From: Opitutus sp. GAS368
Lineage (GTDB): Bacteria > Verrucomicrobiota > Verrucomicrobiia > Opitutales > Opitutaceae
Assembly (NCBI GenBank): GCA_945861645.1
Contig: CAMAVZ010000026.1
Coordinates: forward strand, 1 to 28,438
DNA length: 28,438 nt
Direction: 5' to 3'
In this document: positions 10,279 to 18,464 of the stretch, one piece after another
Layout: the number at the start of each line of letters is the position of its first letter
Position numbering within the stretch: position 1 is the stretch's first letter
The notes under the pieces: generated by a model
Database searches by the model: none
What the model was told of the DNA's origin: nothing
Seen by the model: the letters and a program-made list of their open reading frames with translations, nothing else
Made by a program: the position numbers and the translations under genes

Positions 10279-10740
10279 TTACTCCGCCTTAACGACGACG
10301 GTACCAGCCGTGGTGAGTTTAGATTCCTCAAACGAATCATCATAAATGCAGATCGTGATCTGTGAATCCACGCGATAACTCGCCGAGCCTTGGGCCACGG
10401 CGGTGTCGAGGGCGCGGCGGGCCGCCGGATCACCGCCGGTGACTTTGCCCGAGCGAACGGACATGGTATTGGCTGGGATGGCCAAGGGGGTATCATTGGT
10501 GATCAGTCCGAGGTAAGTGCCATTCAGATAAATTTTGGCCCGAACGCGGTTGAAGAGATAGGCGACGATATTATCGTTAGTCACGCGCCACGAGGCCGTC
10601 ACGGAGCCGTCAGGAGCCCGTACAATTGAAGTCACTTCGGCCTTCAGGCCTCTCGAGACTAGTTTGCTGGTGTTGGTGCAACCGCTGACGAGAGCGACTA
10701 AAAGGGCCAGCAAGCAGAAGGGGCGGAGGGCTTTTTTCAT
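10279..10740 (-). CDS. Lipoprotein, LEA type 2/WHy-like domain
   Basis: Lipobox LVSGC after a basic/hydrophobic signal. WRVTNDN...IYLNGTYLG...LAIPAN pattern is typical of LEA_2. Confidence 0.65.
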   Translation of the reverse strand: MKKALRPFCLLALLVALVSGCTNTSKLVSRGLKAEVTSIVRAPDGSVTASWRVTNDNIVAYLFNRVRAKIYLNGTYLGLITNDTPLAIPANTMSVRSGKVTGGDPAARRALDTAVAQGSASYRVDSQITICIYDDSFEESKLTTAGTVVVKAE

Positions 10741-10778
10741 TGGAATTCACTCTGTGGTTGGGGTGCGGGTCGGCAAGG

Positions 10779-11402
10779 TTACTCGTCTTTAGATTTTGTT
10801 TTCTTTTTCAGGTCGGACCCGCCTAGTTCGAATTGGGCGATGACCCCGATTACAGCTAAGACTAAGATCGAGGGGAAAAGCCACGCGTGGTGATCCAGCA
10901 GCTCCGGCATAAATTGGGGGCGTTGGAAAAAATCTAACCAGGGGATCTGATGGGTGAAATACGCGAGCGCCACCATGGTCCGAAATGAGCCGAGCAGGGC
11001 GGTTGAAAGAATGATGAGAACGCGCTGAGTTTTTACGGCGAGAAAGCCGCCAATAATGCCTAATACCGCCCCACTCAGAAGCGCGACCATGTGATGGTAG
11101 TGGCTGAGCACCAGCAGCCCGAGGGTGGCCCCAAAACCAAAGCCCGCGACGAATACGGCCGCAATATAGAGGAGATAGGCTAAACCTGCCCCGACGAGGC
11201 CGCCTAAAATTAGGCTGCCGATAATCCCTGCGGTGCCAAAATCAAGTGCGGTGCCCGCTGCATGACCGCCAATCATACCGAGCAGACCGCCCAGTACGGC
11301 GAGCGTTATTTTGAAAACCCGATAGCCGAAAAAACAATCTAACAGGCCCCACGCGATGGCGCCGACCGAGATCCAAGGATAAAGTTCAGCCGAAGGATGC
11401 AT
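10779..11402 (-). CDS. Gly-rich multi-pass membrane protein (DUF4203/TMEM198-like)
   Basis: GLLDCFFGYRVFK N-terminal signature, about 7 hydrophobic Gly-rich helices, ILSTALLGS. Start 11402, alternative 11414. Confidence 0.72.
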   Translation of the reverse strand: MHPSAELYPWISVGAIAWGLLDCFFGYRVFKITLAVLGGLLGMIGGHAAGTALDFGTAGIIGSLILGGLVGAGLAYLLYIAAVFVAGFGFGATLGLLVLSHYHHMVALLSGAVLGIIGGFLAVKTQRVLIILSTALLGSFRTMVALAYFTHQIPWLDFFQRPQFMPELLDHHAWLFPSILVLAVIGVIAQFELGGSDLKKKTKSKDE

Positions 11403-11462
11403 GGATAAGGTCATAGGCTTTGGGTCGGCACTAGCAACTGGCTTTGCGTCGGCTCAGCCGAT

Positions 11463-11690
11463 TCAGAAGCGGGCAAGCGCTTGGCCGCTTTCCCAGAGCA
11501 CCCAGCTCCCGCCGCCGAGCGTCGCTAAAAAAACTACAGCCCGCAGCCAGCGGCTCCACCGGTCGCGGCGCTCACGTGCGTTGAGGGGGAGGCGGGCCCG
11601 AGAGGCTTCGAGGTAGCTTGCAAATTGAGCGTGAGGCAGCGGCGCGACTTTCCGGTTTCGACCGACGCTGAAGGGTAATTGATTGAGCAA
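11463..11690 (-). CDS. Small hypothetical protein with C-terminal TM helix
   Basis: Basic segment then RWLRAVVFLATLGGGSWVLWESGQALARF. Start uncertain: in-frame TTG at 11690 chosen, ATG at 11795 possible. Confidence 0.5.
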   Translation of the reverse strand: MLNQLPFSVGRNRKVAPLPHAQFASYLEASRARLPLNARERRDRWSRWLRAVVFLATLGGGSWVLWESGQALARF

Positions 11691-12098
11691 GTGACGCCAG
11701 CGGTAGGACACCCCCAATACCTGCAGAAAAATAGTGCTTCCTTTCAAGGCGATTCTGGCTATCTCGACTGCTTTCTCTCCCTTCCGTTGGCCCATTTATT
11801 AATTTCACTCGACTGGGTAGTCGCTCCATTGTGCAGGCGTCAATCTCACGGTCGTTGGGTAACTGCGGGGGCCCTACATCGCCCGCCGGGCAGACGCTGG
11901 GGGCAGGCGAGTGGATCGCTGCCATGAGTGCCGGAGCTCGCCGCTACACCATAAGGAGTCGATCTTACCCGCGTAGCCTGGCGGTCGAACTTTTAGGGTC
12001 CGGCCTTCGGTTCGGGCTGGTCAATGCCGGTGAAAATTTTGATGCTTTAGTGGCTGGGGAGGAATTCCCGGCTCCTCCAAAATTTGACGGTTTCCCTC

Positions 12099-13118
12099 AT
12101 GCCTGAGTCCCGCCCCCTTAATTTTGTCATCGTTGGAGCGGGAGCTTGGGGTACCGCCATGGCCGTGCATCTGGTTCGGCGTGGGCAAGGGACCACCCTC
12201 GTCACTCGCCGGCCCGAGCATGCGGTCGCGGTGCGCGCGGTGCATGAAAATAAGGATTATCTTCCCGGCATTAGTCTGCCGACCGCCTTGCGCGTAACCT
12301 CAGACTTGCGCGCCGCGCTGCTCGAGGCCGATGTCGCGTTGATCGCTTGTCCGGCGCAATCATTGCGTGATTGGAGCGAGAAGATTCGTGGCGCGCGGCA
12401 GGACACGGCGCGTTTGCAACTTTTGCTTAGTTTGGTGAAAGGGCTCGAACTCGGCACACACCTTCGGCCCAGCCTGATTTTGGCGCAAATCATGCCCGAT
12501 CTCAATGTTGGCACACTCACGGGGCCCACCAATGCAGCGGAAGTGGCGCGGGGTTTGCCCGCGGCGATGGTTTTGGCCGTGGCGCAGCATGACGCCTTTA
12601 GTGATCGGGTGCCGGCTGCGATGAGCGGGCCGACCTTACGCATTTATCTTAGCCCTGATCTCGCGGGGGCAGAATATGGCGGCGGACTTAAAAATATTTA
12701 CGCCATCGCGGCGGGCCTCTGCGATGGATTGAAGCTCGGGGATAATGCCAAGGCGGCCCTGCTGACGCGGGCTTTGGCCGAAATGCTGCGCGTCGGGGTC
12801 GCCCTCGGGGCCCAGCCAGAAACCTTTTATGGACTGAGTGGTTTTGGCGATTTGGTGGCGACTAGTCATGGGGCCTGGAGTCGCAACCGTGAGTTTGGTG
12901 AACACATCGGTGCCGGTAAAATCATCACCGCTTTACTCGCCCGCCGGAAGACGATCGTGGAAGGCCATCGCACCACCGAGGCCCTTTACGGTTTGTGCCA
13001 AGAACGAAAGATTGCCGCTCCCATTCTCGGGGAAATTTACGCAATTTTGTATCAAAATAAGCTACCGGCCGATGCGCTCCATGCGCTGATGACTCGCGAA
13101 TTGAAGCGCGAAGCTTAA
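12099..13118 (+). CDS. gpsA: NAD(P)H-dependent glycerol-3-phosphate dehydrogenase
   Basis: IVGAGAWGTA, ENKDYLPG, KGLE, GPTNAAEV, LKNIYAIAAG, GDNAKAAL, GLSGFGDLVAT, SRNREFG. Confidence 0.96.
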   Translation: MPESRPLNFVIVGAGAWGTAMAVHLVRRGQGTTLVTRRPEHAVAVRAVHENKDYLPGISLPTALRVTSDLRAALLEADVALIACPAQSLRDWSEKIRGARQDTARLQLLLSLVKGLELGTHLRPSLILAQIMPDLNVGTLTGPTNAAEVARGLPAAMVLAVAQHDAFSDRVPAAMSGPTLRIYLSPDLAGAEYGGGLKNIYAIAAGLCDGLKLGDNAKAALLTRALAEMLRVGVALGAQPETFYGLSGFGDLVATSHGAWSRNREFGEHIGAGKIITALLARRKTIVEGHRTTEALYGLCQERKIAAPILGEIYAILYQNKLPADALHALMTRELKREA

Positions 13119-13209
13119 GGCGATTGTGCCGCGGAAGCGTTGGCGGCAATTTGGTGCAGCGGGGGAAGGGCGTTGACCTTCGTCCAGCCGCTCCGCCAAC
13201 TCTGACGGT

Positions 13210-13470
13210 ATGGAATTACCTGATGACGAACAATTATTTTTGCGCGATCTGGTCAAAGCCTCTCGGCAAAAAATCCATGCCGTAAAGTGGGTGGATCGCG
13301 ATGGCACCGATCGCCAGACTACACTGACGCAAAATGAGGCGGTGCGGCTCAACATCATCGCGGCGCGCCTTAAGATTTCTAATAAAGAGCTGCTGCGTCA
13401 AGCCGCGCATATCCCCGTCCCCAAGCTGCCGCCTAAGCCCCCCGCGGCTGAATCTGGACTGCCGGCCTAG
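13210..13470 (+). CDS. Hypothetical 86-aa protein, possible ribbon-helix-helix-like C-terminal half
   Basis: Clean ORF filling the gap between gpsA and PNP, with TTGACC 37 nt upstream. RQTTLTQNEAVRLNIIAARLKISNKELLRQAA pattern. Confidence 0.7.
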   Translation: MELPDDEQLFLRDLVKASRQKIHAVKWVDRDGTDRQTTLTQNEAVRLNIIAARLKISNKELLRQAAHIPVPKLPPKPPAAESGLPA

Positions 13471-13540
13471 TTTTTGCCGACGATCGGAGCGTTCAAAATG
13501 CGGTCTTTTCCCGTTACCGGGTTTCCGCTAGCTTGACGCC

Positions 13541-14374
13541 ATGACCCTACCGCAAGCCCACCTTGAAAACGTTCGGCAGTCAGCGGCGATTATTACGGCG
13601 GCCTTAGCCGGCGCGCGGCCGCGGATTGCGATTATTTTAGGTTCTGGCCTGGGTGGTTTGGCCAATCAGATTCAGCGGCCTCGCGTCATTGCTTATGCTG
13701 ATCTCCCCGGCTTTCCCGTGCTCACTGTCTTGGGGCACATCGGCGAGTTGATCGCCGGCGAACTCGATGGCGTGCCGGTGATTGTGCTCAAGGGGCGCAA
13801 GCATTTTTACGAAACGGATGATGCCTATCCGCTCCGGACGATGATTCGCACGCTCCAGGCCGTGGGTGTAGATACTTTATTTTTATCTAACGCGGCCGGC
13901 AGTTTGCGCCCCGCGATTAAAGTCAGCGAATTGATGCTGATTACTGATCATATTAACTTTCTTGGGCTTAATCCGCTCGCGGGTCCCAATGACGATACCT
14001 TTGGCCCGCGTTTTTTCCCCGTCAGCGATGCTTGGGATCCCGGACTGGTCGGTCGGGTTAAGGCCGTGGCGCGACAACAAGGCATCACGTTGCACGAGGG
14101 CGTCTATGTGGCCTTCCGGGGGCCGTCTTTTGAGACACCGGCGGAGATCCGTATGGTGCAAGGTTGGGGGGCTGACGCGGTCGGCATGTCGAGCGTGCCG
14201 GATTGTTTGATCGCCCGCCACTGCGGGCTCAAGGTCGTCGGTGTTTCGTGCATTACTAATATGGGCGCAGGATTATCCGACGAACATCTGACGCACGCCC
14301 ATACGCTCGCTAATGCGGCCAAGGGGGCGGCCGCCTTTGAGCGCTTGGTTACTGCGGCGGTCAAGGTGTTGTAA
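13541..14374 (+). CDS. punA: Purine-nucleoside phosphorylase (trimeric PunA/XapA type)
   Basis: IILGSGLGG, LPGFP..TV.GH.G, GRKHFYE, SNAAGS, DHIN, GPSFETPAE, GADAVGMSS, SCITN. Confidence 0.93.
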   Translation: MTLPQAHLENVRQSAAIITAALAGARPRIAIILGSGLGGLANQIQRPRVIAYADLPGFPVLTVLGHIGELIAGELDGVPVIVLKGRKHFYETDDAYPLRTMIRTLQAVGVDTLFLSNAAGSLRPAIKVSELMLITDHINFLGLNPLAGPNDDTFGPRFFPVSDAWDPGLVGRVKAVARQQGITLHEGVYVAFRGPSFETPAEIRMVQGWGADAVGMSSVPDCLIARHCGLKVVGVSCITNMGAGLSDEHLTHAHTLANAAKGAAAFERLVTAAVKVL

Positions 14375-14398
14375 TAATCGTTAGTCCAATTTCACCGC

Positions 14399-15379
14399 GT
14401 GAAAGCAGCTGAACTTGATCGAGCCCGTCGACTGCTCTGTCGATTACAGGCTGTGATTCGCGACTCCGTGCGGGCCGCCCAACGGCGAGGGGGGCGGAAG
14501 CTGACACGGGTGGCCGCGGTCACGGCCGCCGACACCATCTATGGCATCGACAAAATCAGCGAGCAGGCCGTGCTGACTTGGTTTAAAAAAAATTGGCCGC
14601 CGCGCTGGCCGGTTGAATTAGTGATGGAGGGGTTGGAGGAATCAGCGGGACCGGTGACTTTTCCGCAGGGTACGCCGGTAGCGCAGACAATTTTAAAATG
14701 CATCCTCGACCCGATTGATGGCACCCGCGGGTTAATGTATGCAAAACGTTCGGCGTGGAGTCTCGCCGCGTTGGCGCCGCAGCGCGGACCAAAAACTAAT
14801 CTGCGTGATATTATGGTCGCCGCCATGACCGAGTTGCCGACGTCCAAGCAGGATAGGGGCGATCAGTTAAGCGTCGTGCGGGGCGAGCGAGTGCACGCCG
14901 AGCGGGTGGTTGCTCGCACGGGTCGCCGGACGAAATTTAAGCCGCAACCGTCGCGAGCGAAATGCGTGGCGCACGGTTTTGCGTCGTTTGTGAAATTTTT
15001 TCCGGCCGGTAAGGCTTGGCTAGCTGAGCGCGAAGAGCAGCTTTGGCGGGCACTGGGCGATGGCGGCGAGATTTTTGATGATCAATATTTGAGCAGTGGG
15101 GGGCAGCTTTATGAATTATTGATGGGGCATGATCGTTTTATCGCAGATTTACGGCCGCTCGCGATGGCGGCCTTGCGCCAGCGGACGACGCTGCTGTGTC
15201 ATCCTTACGATATTTGTACCGCGTTGATTGCGCAGGAGTGTGGCTGTGTGATTACGGCGCCTAACGGCCAGCCACTCGATACGGTACTCGATACGACCAC
15301 CCCCGTCGCTTGGGTGGGTTATGCTAATCCTGCGCTGGCGCGGCGGATTGGGTCTAAGCTGCGACGGGTCTTGCGCTAA
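14399..15379 (+). CDS. Divergent inositol monophosphatase (FIG)-family protein
   Basis: DTIYGIDKISE, LVMEG, ILDPIDGTRGLMY, and HPYDIC in place of the usual PWD. GTG start. Confidence 0.8.
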   Translation: MKAAELDRARRLLCRLQAVIRDSVRAAQRRGGRKLTRVAAVTAADTIYGIDKISEQAVLTWFKKNWPPRWPVELVMEGLEESAGPVTFPQGTPVAQTILKCILDPIDGTRGLMYAKRSAWSLAALAPQRGPKTNLRDIMVAAMTELPTSKQDRGDQLSVVRGERVHAERVVARTGRRTKFKPQPSRAKCVAHGFASFVKFFPAGKAWLAEREEQLWRALGDGGEIFDDQYLSSGGQLYELLMGHDRFIADLRPLAMAALRQRTTLLCHPYDICTALIAQECGCVITAPNGQPLDTVLDTTTPVAWVGYANPALARRIGSKLRRVLR

Positions 15380-15423
15380 ATTTATATACGCGCCGCCCCG
15401 GCGGATTTTGCTGCGGGCAGGAG

Positions 15424-15870
15424 TCAGTCTTTTGCTTGCTCGATCACCGCGGCTTTGCCGTCTTTAAAGACGACCCGAATGCGTTCTTCTTTCTCGTTGC
15501 GATAGGTATCAGCGTACGCGGGGTGATAATAAACGCGGTACGACCTTAGGTAAGGATCGTAGTAAACGCGCCGCTCGTAGCCGACAAACGCGGTGCCATC
15601 GTAGCGCTGGTAGTAAGTGTTATAAATCCAGCTGATCGTGCGGCCGGTGGGGGTGAGGGCTTCGCGTTTTTGGTCTGGTTGGCCGAGGGCGAAGTAGACG
15701 AGGTCCTCCGTGAAGCCGAGATCGATGATCCCCTGTTTGATTTTGTCCTGCGTCGCCTTATCGGCGGAGGCGAAGGCTGCGGGCTTTTGTTTGATGCGAT
15801 CATCGATCGACTGGCAGCCGGTCAAGGCCACGAGCGCCGCAGCGAGGAGAAGCAGGCGGGAGTATTTCAT
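15424..15870 (-). CDS. Hypothetical lipoprotein
   Basis: MKYSRLLLLAAALVALTGC lipobox. GFTEDLVYFALGQPD and terminal VVFKDGKA resemble small BamE/SmpA-like folds, with a Tyr-rich insert. Confidence 0.75.
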   Translation of the reverse strand: MKYSRLLLLAAALVALTGCQSIDDRIKQKPAAFASADKATQDKIKQGIIDLGFTEDLVYFALGQPDQKREALTPTGRTISWIYNTYYQRYDGTAFVGYERRVYYDPYLRSYRVYYHPAYADTYRNEKEERIRVVFKDGKAAVIEQAKD

Positions 15871-15918
15871 AAGCAATGAGACAGCAGGCATGGGCTTAGG
15901 TTGCCGGCGATAATAGCC

Positions 15919-16893
15919 TTAAGGTGATTTAGTTTCGCTGGGTGGTGCCAGCGAGTCGACGGAAATTTTATTCTTGGTGGTCGTGATGATCGCGACGCCG
16001 GCGATAATGATGGCTGCAGCGACAAAAAGCCGCGGGCCGATCGGTTCGTGGGCAATCCACCAACCAAGAAAAACCGCCACAATCGGGTTAACATAGGCGT
16101 AGGTTGCCACGCGCGCTGGGGAGCAATGCTTCATGAGCCAGACAAAGGTGGTGAAGCCGATGAGTGAGCCGGCGATGATGAGATAAACCCAGGCTCCCCA
16201 AGAACGGGCGGAGACGTCGGCAAAATGAAAATGGGTTGGTTCGCCAATGAGTAAGCTGACGAAAAAAAGCCAGAGGCTACCCGCGAGCATTTGCATGGCG
16301 GAAGCGGTGAAGGGATCGGCCGAGTTGCGTGCATAACGCGTATAGAGCGAGCCCGCACTCCAGGAGAAGCAGGCGAGGACGATGCCCCCGAGGCGCCACG
16401 GATCGAGGTCGGTGGCGCCTTCGCCTAGCTGTGGGCCGACGAGCACGAGGAGGCCGATGAAGCCAAGGCCAACCCCGAGGAAGGTTGCCGGCGATGGTTT
16501 AGTCCCTTGATTCTGATGACCGCTGATGGCGTGGACCGCCCAATCGAGGAGCACAATAAAAAGGGGCCCAAGTGAAATAATCAGCGTGGCGATACCGGAG
16601 GGAATTTTTTGTTCGGCCCAGGAAACTAAACCGTTGCCACCGAGTAGCAGCAGCCCGCCGACGATGGCGTTGTCGAACCACTGGCGCCGGGTGGTATGAA
16701 AGCCGCGGGTGAACGCAATCCAGCCGGCGATCAAGCCACCGGCGACAAGAAAGCGCGCCCCGGCCATCAGGAAAGGCGGCAAGGTTTCGACCGCGATTTT
16801 GATGCCGAGATACGTGGAGCCCCAGACGAGATAAATAGTCGCAAAACCGGCGATCAGCGCGGCTTTGGTCGGAATTTTATCTGGGGCAGTCAC
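15919..16893 (-). CDS. EamA/DMT family transporter (YedA-like)
   Basis: IYLVWGSTYLGIK, LPPFLMAGARFLVAG, GGNGLVSWAEQ, TYAYVNPIVAVFLG; about 10 TM helices. Confidence 0.92.
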   Translation of the reverse strand: MTAPDKIPTKAALIAGFATIYLVWGSTYLGIKIAVETLPPFLMAGARFLVAGGLIAGWIAFTRGFHTTRRQWFDNAIVGGLLLLGGNGLVSWAEQKIPSGIATLIISLGPLFIVLLDWAVHAISGHQNQGTKPSPATFLGVGLGFIGLLVLVGPQLGEGATDLDPWRLGGIVLACFSWSAGSLYTRYARNSADPFTASAMQMLAGSLWLFFVSLLIGEPTHFHFADVSARSWGAWVYLIIAGSLIGFTTFVWLMKHCSPARVATYAYVNPIVAVFLGWWIAHEPIGPRLFVAAAIIIAGVAIITTTKNKISVDSLAPPSETKSP

Positions 16894-17100
16894 GATTTTA
16901 AGATGTTATAAAAATTAGCTCATCACCTGGGCGAAAGAGAGGGGATGGCAACGGGTTGGCGACCATTATGCGACTGATTATTTTATAGAAAAATTGATTG
17001 GGCCTGCGCGAGTTTACCTCGACCCGCAAGCGATGTAAAATTAAGTTAGCCGGGTCGGGGCAGTTCCTGCGGTCGGCTCCAGCAATTTTAATCCATCCTT

Positions 17101-18240
17101 ATGCTACTCACGCTCGCGCTCTTTTCATTTAACTTATCGGCCTATGAGCTGCCGCGCGTCGTGCCGCTAGCGGACGCGGCGCTGGGCGTTCAGCCGATTT
17201 CGATAACGGCGGTCGTGAACCCGCGCAGTCCCGGTGGGGTGCATGATTTCTCCTCGGAGGGTGATTATTGGTGGCCCGATCCTAAAAATCCGGCTGGGCC
17301 TTATGTGCGCCGTGATGGGGAAACTAATCCCAGTAATTTTGTGGCCCATCGCCGGCTGATGTTTGCTTTCGCGCGTGATGTGGGTGCGCTGACGGCGGCG
17401 TATGATCTCACTCGTGAAGAGCGCTACGCGGCGGCGGCGGTGCAGCAATTAAGAGTGTGGTTCGTCGATCCCGCGACCCGCCTGAACCCCAATTTGCCAT
17501 ATGCCCAATCGATCCAAGGCGTCTGTACGGGTCGAGGGATTGGGTTAATCGATACCGTGCATTTAGCCGAAGTAGCACTTGGTCTGCGCGCGCTTCACGG
17601 AGCGAAGACACTCGATGCGGCAACGGAAGCGGCCGCACATGCTTGGTTTCGCGATTATCTCCATTGGCTGCAGACGCATCCTTACGGCCTAGAGGAACGC
17701 AAAGCAGATAATAACCATGGCACCTGCTGGTTGTTGCAGGCGACGGCGTTCGCGCTGCTGCTCGATGACCGGGCGACACTCGCTGATTGTCGCCGGCGTT
17801 TTAAGGCAATTATTTTGCCGCTGCAAATGGCGCCCAATGGCAGCTTCCCGCGCGAGCTCGCGCGGACGAAAGCCTACGGTTATTCCATTTTTAATTTGGA
17901 TATCATGACGAGCCTCGCCGTGCTACTTTCCACGCCGGATGATGATCTGATGAAGTTCAAACTCGCCGATGGCCGTACCATGGTTCGCGGCGTGGAGTTC
18001 CTCGCTCCATTTCTCGCCGACAAATCTAAATGGCCGCTCCCGCCGGACGTGCTGCATTGGCAAGATTGGCCTGTGCGCCAGCCTGCGCTGTTATTCGGGG
18101 CGGTGGCGGAGGGGCGGGAGGATTGGCTTAATCTGTGGAAAAGCTTGCCCGCCGATCCCGTGGATGAAGAGGTTCGCCGTAATTTCCCTATCCGTTTTCC
18201 GACGCTGTGGTATGCTGCCACCGGCGCCCATCACCATTAA
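17101..18240 (+). CDS. Secreted alginate-lyase-family polysaccharide lyase (probably PL38-like)
   Basis: Short signal peptide; HDFSSEGDYWWPDP...PYVRRDGETNP, WFVDPATRLNPNL, GRGIGLID, NNHGTCW, ELARTKAYGYSIFN. Confidence 0.85.
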   Translation: MLLTLALFSFNLSAYELPRVVPLADAALGVQPISITAVVNPRSPGGVHDFSSEGDYWWPDPKNPAGPYVRRDGETNPSNFVAHRRLMFAFARDVGALTAAYDLTREERYAAAAVQQLRVWFVDPATRLNPNLPYAQSIQGVCTGRGIGLIDTVHLAEVALGLRALHGAKTLDAATEAAAHAWFRDYLHWLQTHPYGLEERKADNNHGTCWLLQATAFALLLDDRATLADCRRRFKAIILPLQMAPNGSFPRELARTKAYGYSIFNLDIMTSLAVLLSTPDDDLMKFKLADGRTMVRGVEFLAPFLADKSKWPLPPDVLHWQDWPVRQPALLFGAVAEGREDWLNLWKSLPADPVDEEVRRNFPIRFPTLWYAATGAHHH

Positions 18241-18464
18241 TATATTTAAGGGCTCAAGGTTTATTATTCGAATGCAATCAATTGATAGATAGGAGATTGT
18301 ATAGATATAGGTTTCATTTTCATGGGATGGGTTGATTAAGTTAGAGCCGAGCAAAAATCGGCGTGGGCCGGATGATTGCCCTCGGGGACTGGCGGCCTAG
18401 GCTGACCAGAGATGCGGGATTGCAATGCTCTCAGCGGGACCCGATACCAACACCCTACTTTTTC

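Noticed and set aside
11807..12045. Resemblance to the RNase P 5' end (GACTGGGTAGTCGCT) and to a cobalamin riboswitch (GCCGGTGAAAAT)
   Set aside because: The RNase P GAGGAAAGTCC motif and the B12-box/AGGGAA elements are absent. Kept only as an unassigned structured region.
17045..18346. GTTAG motifs flanking the lyase as integron cassette core sites
   Set aside because: No RYYYAAC inverse core or attC palindrome after the stop codon, and no intI in the window.
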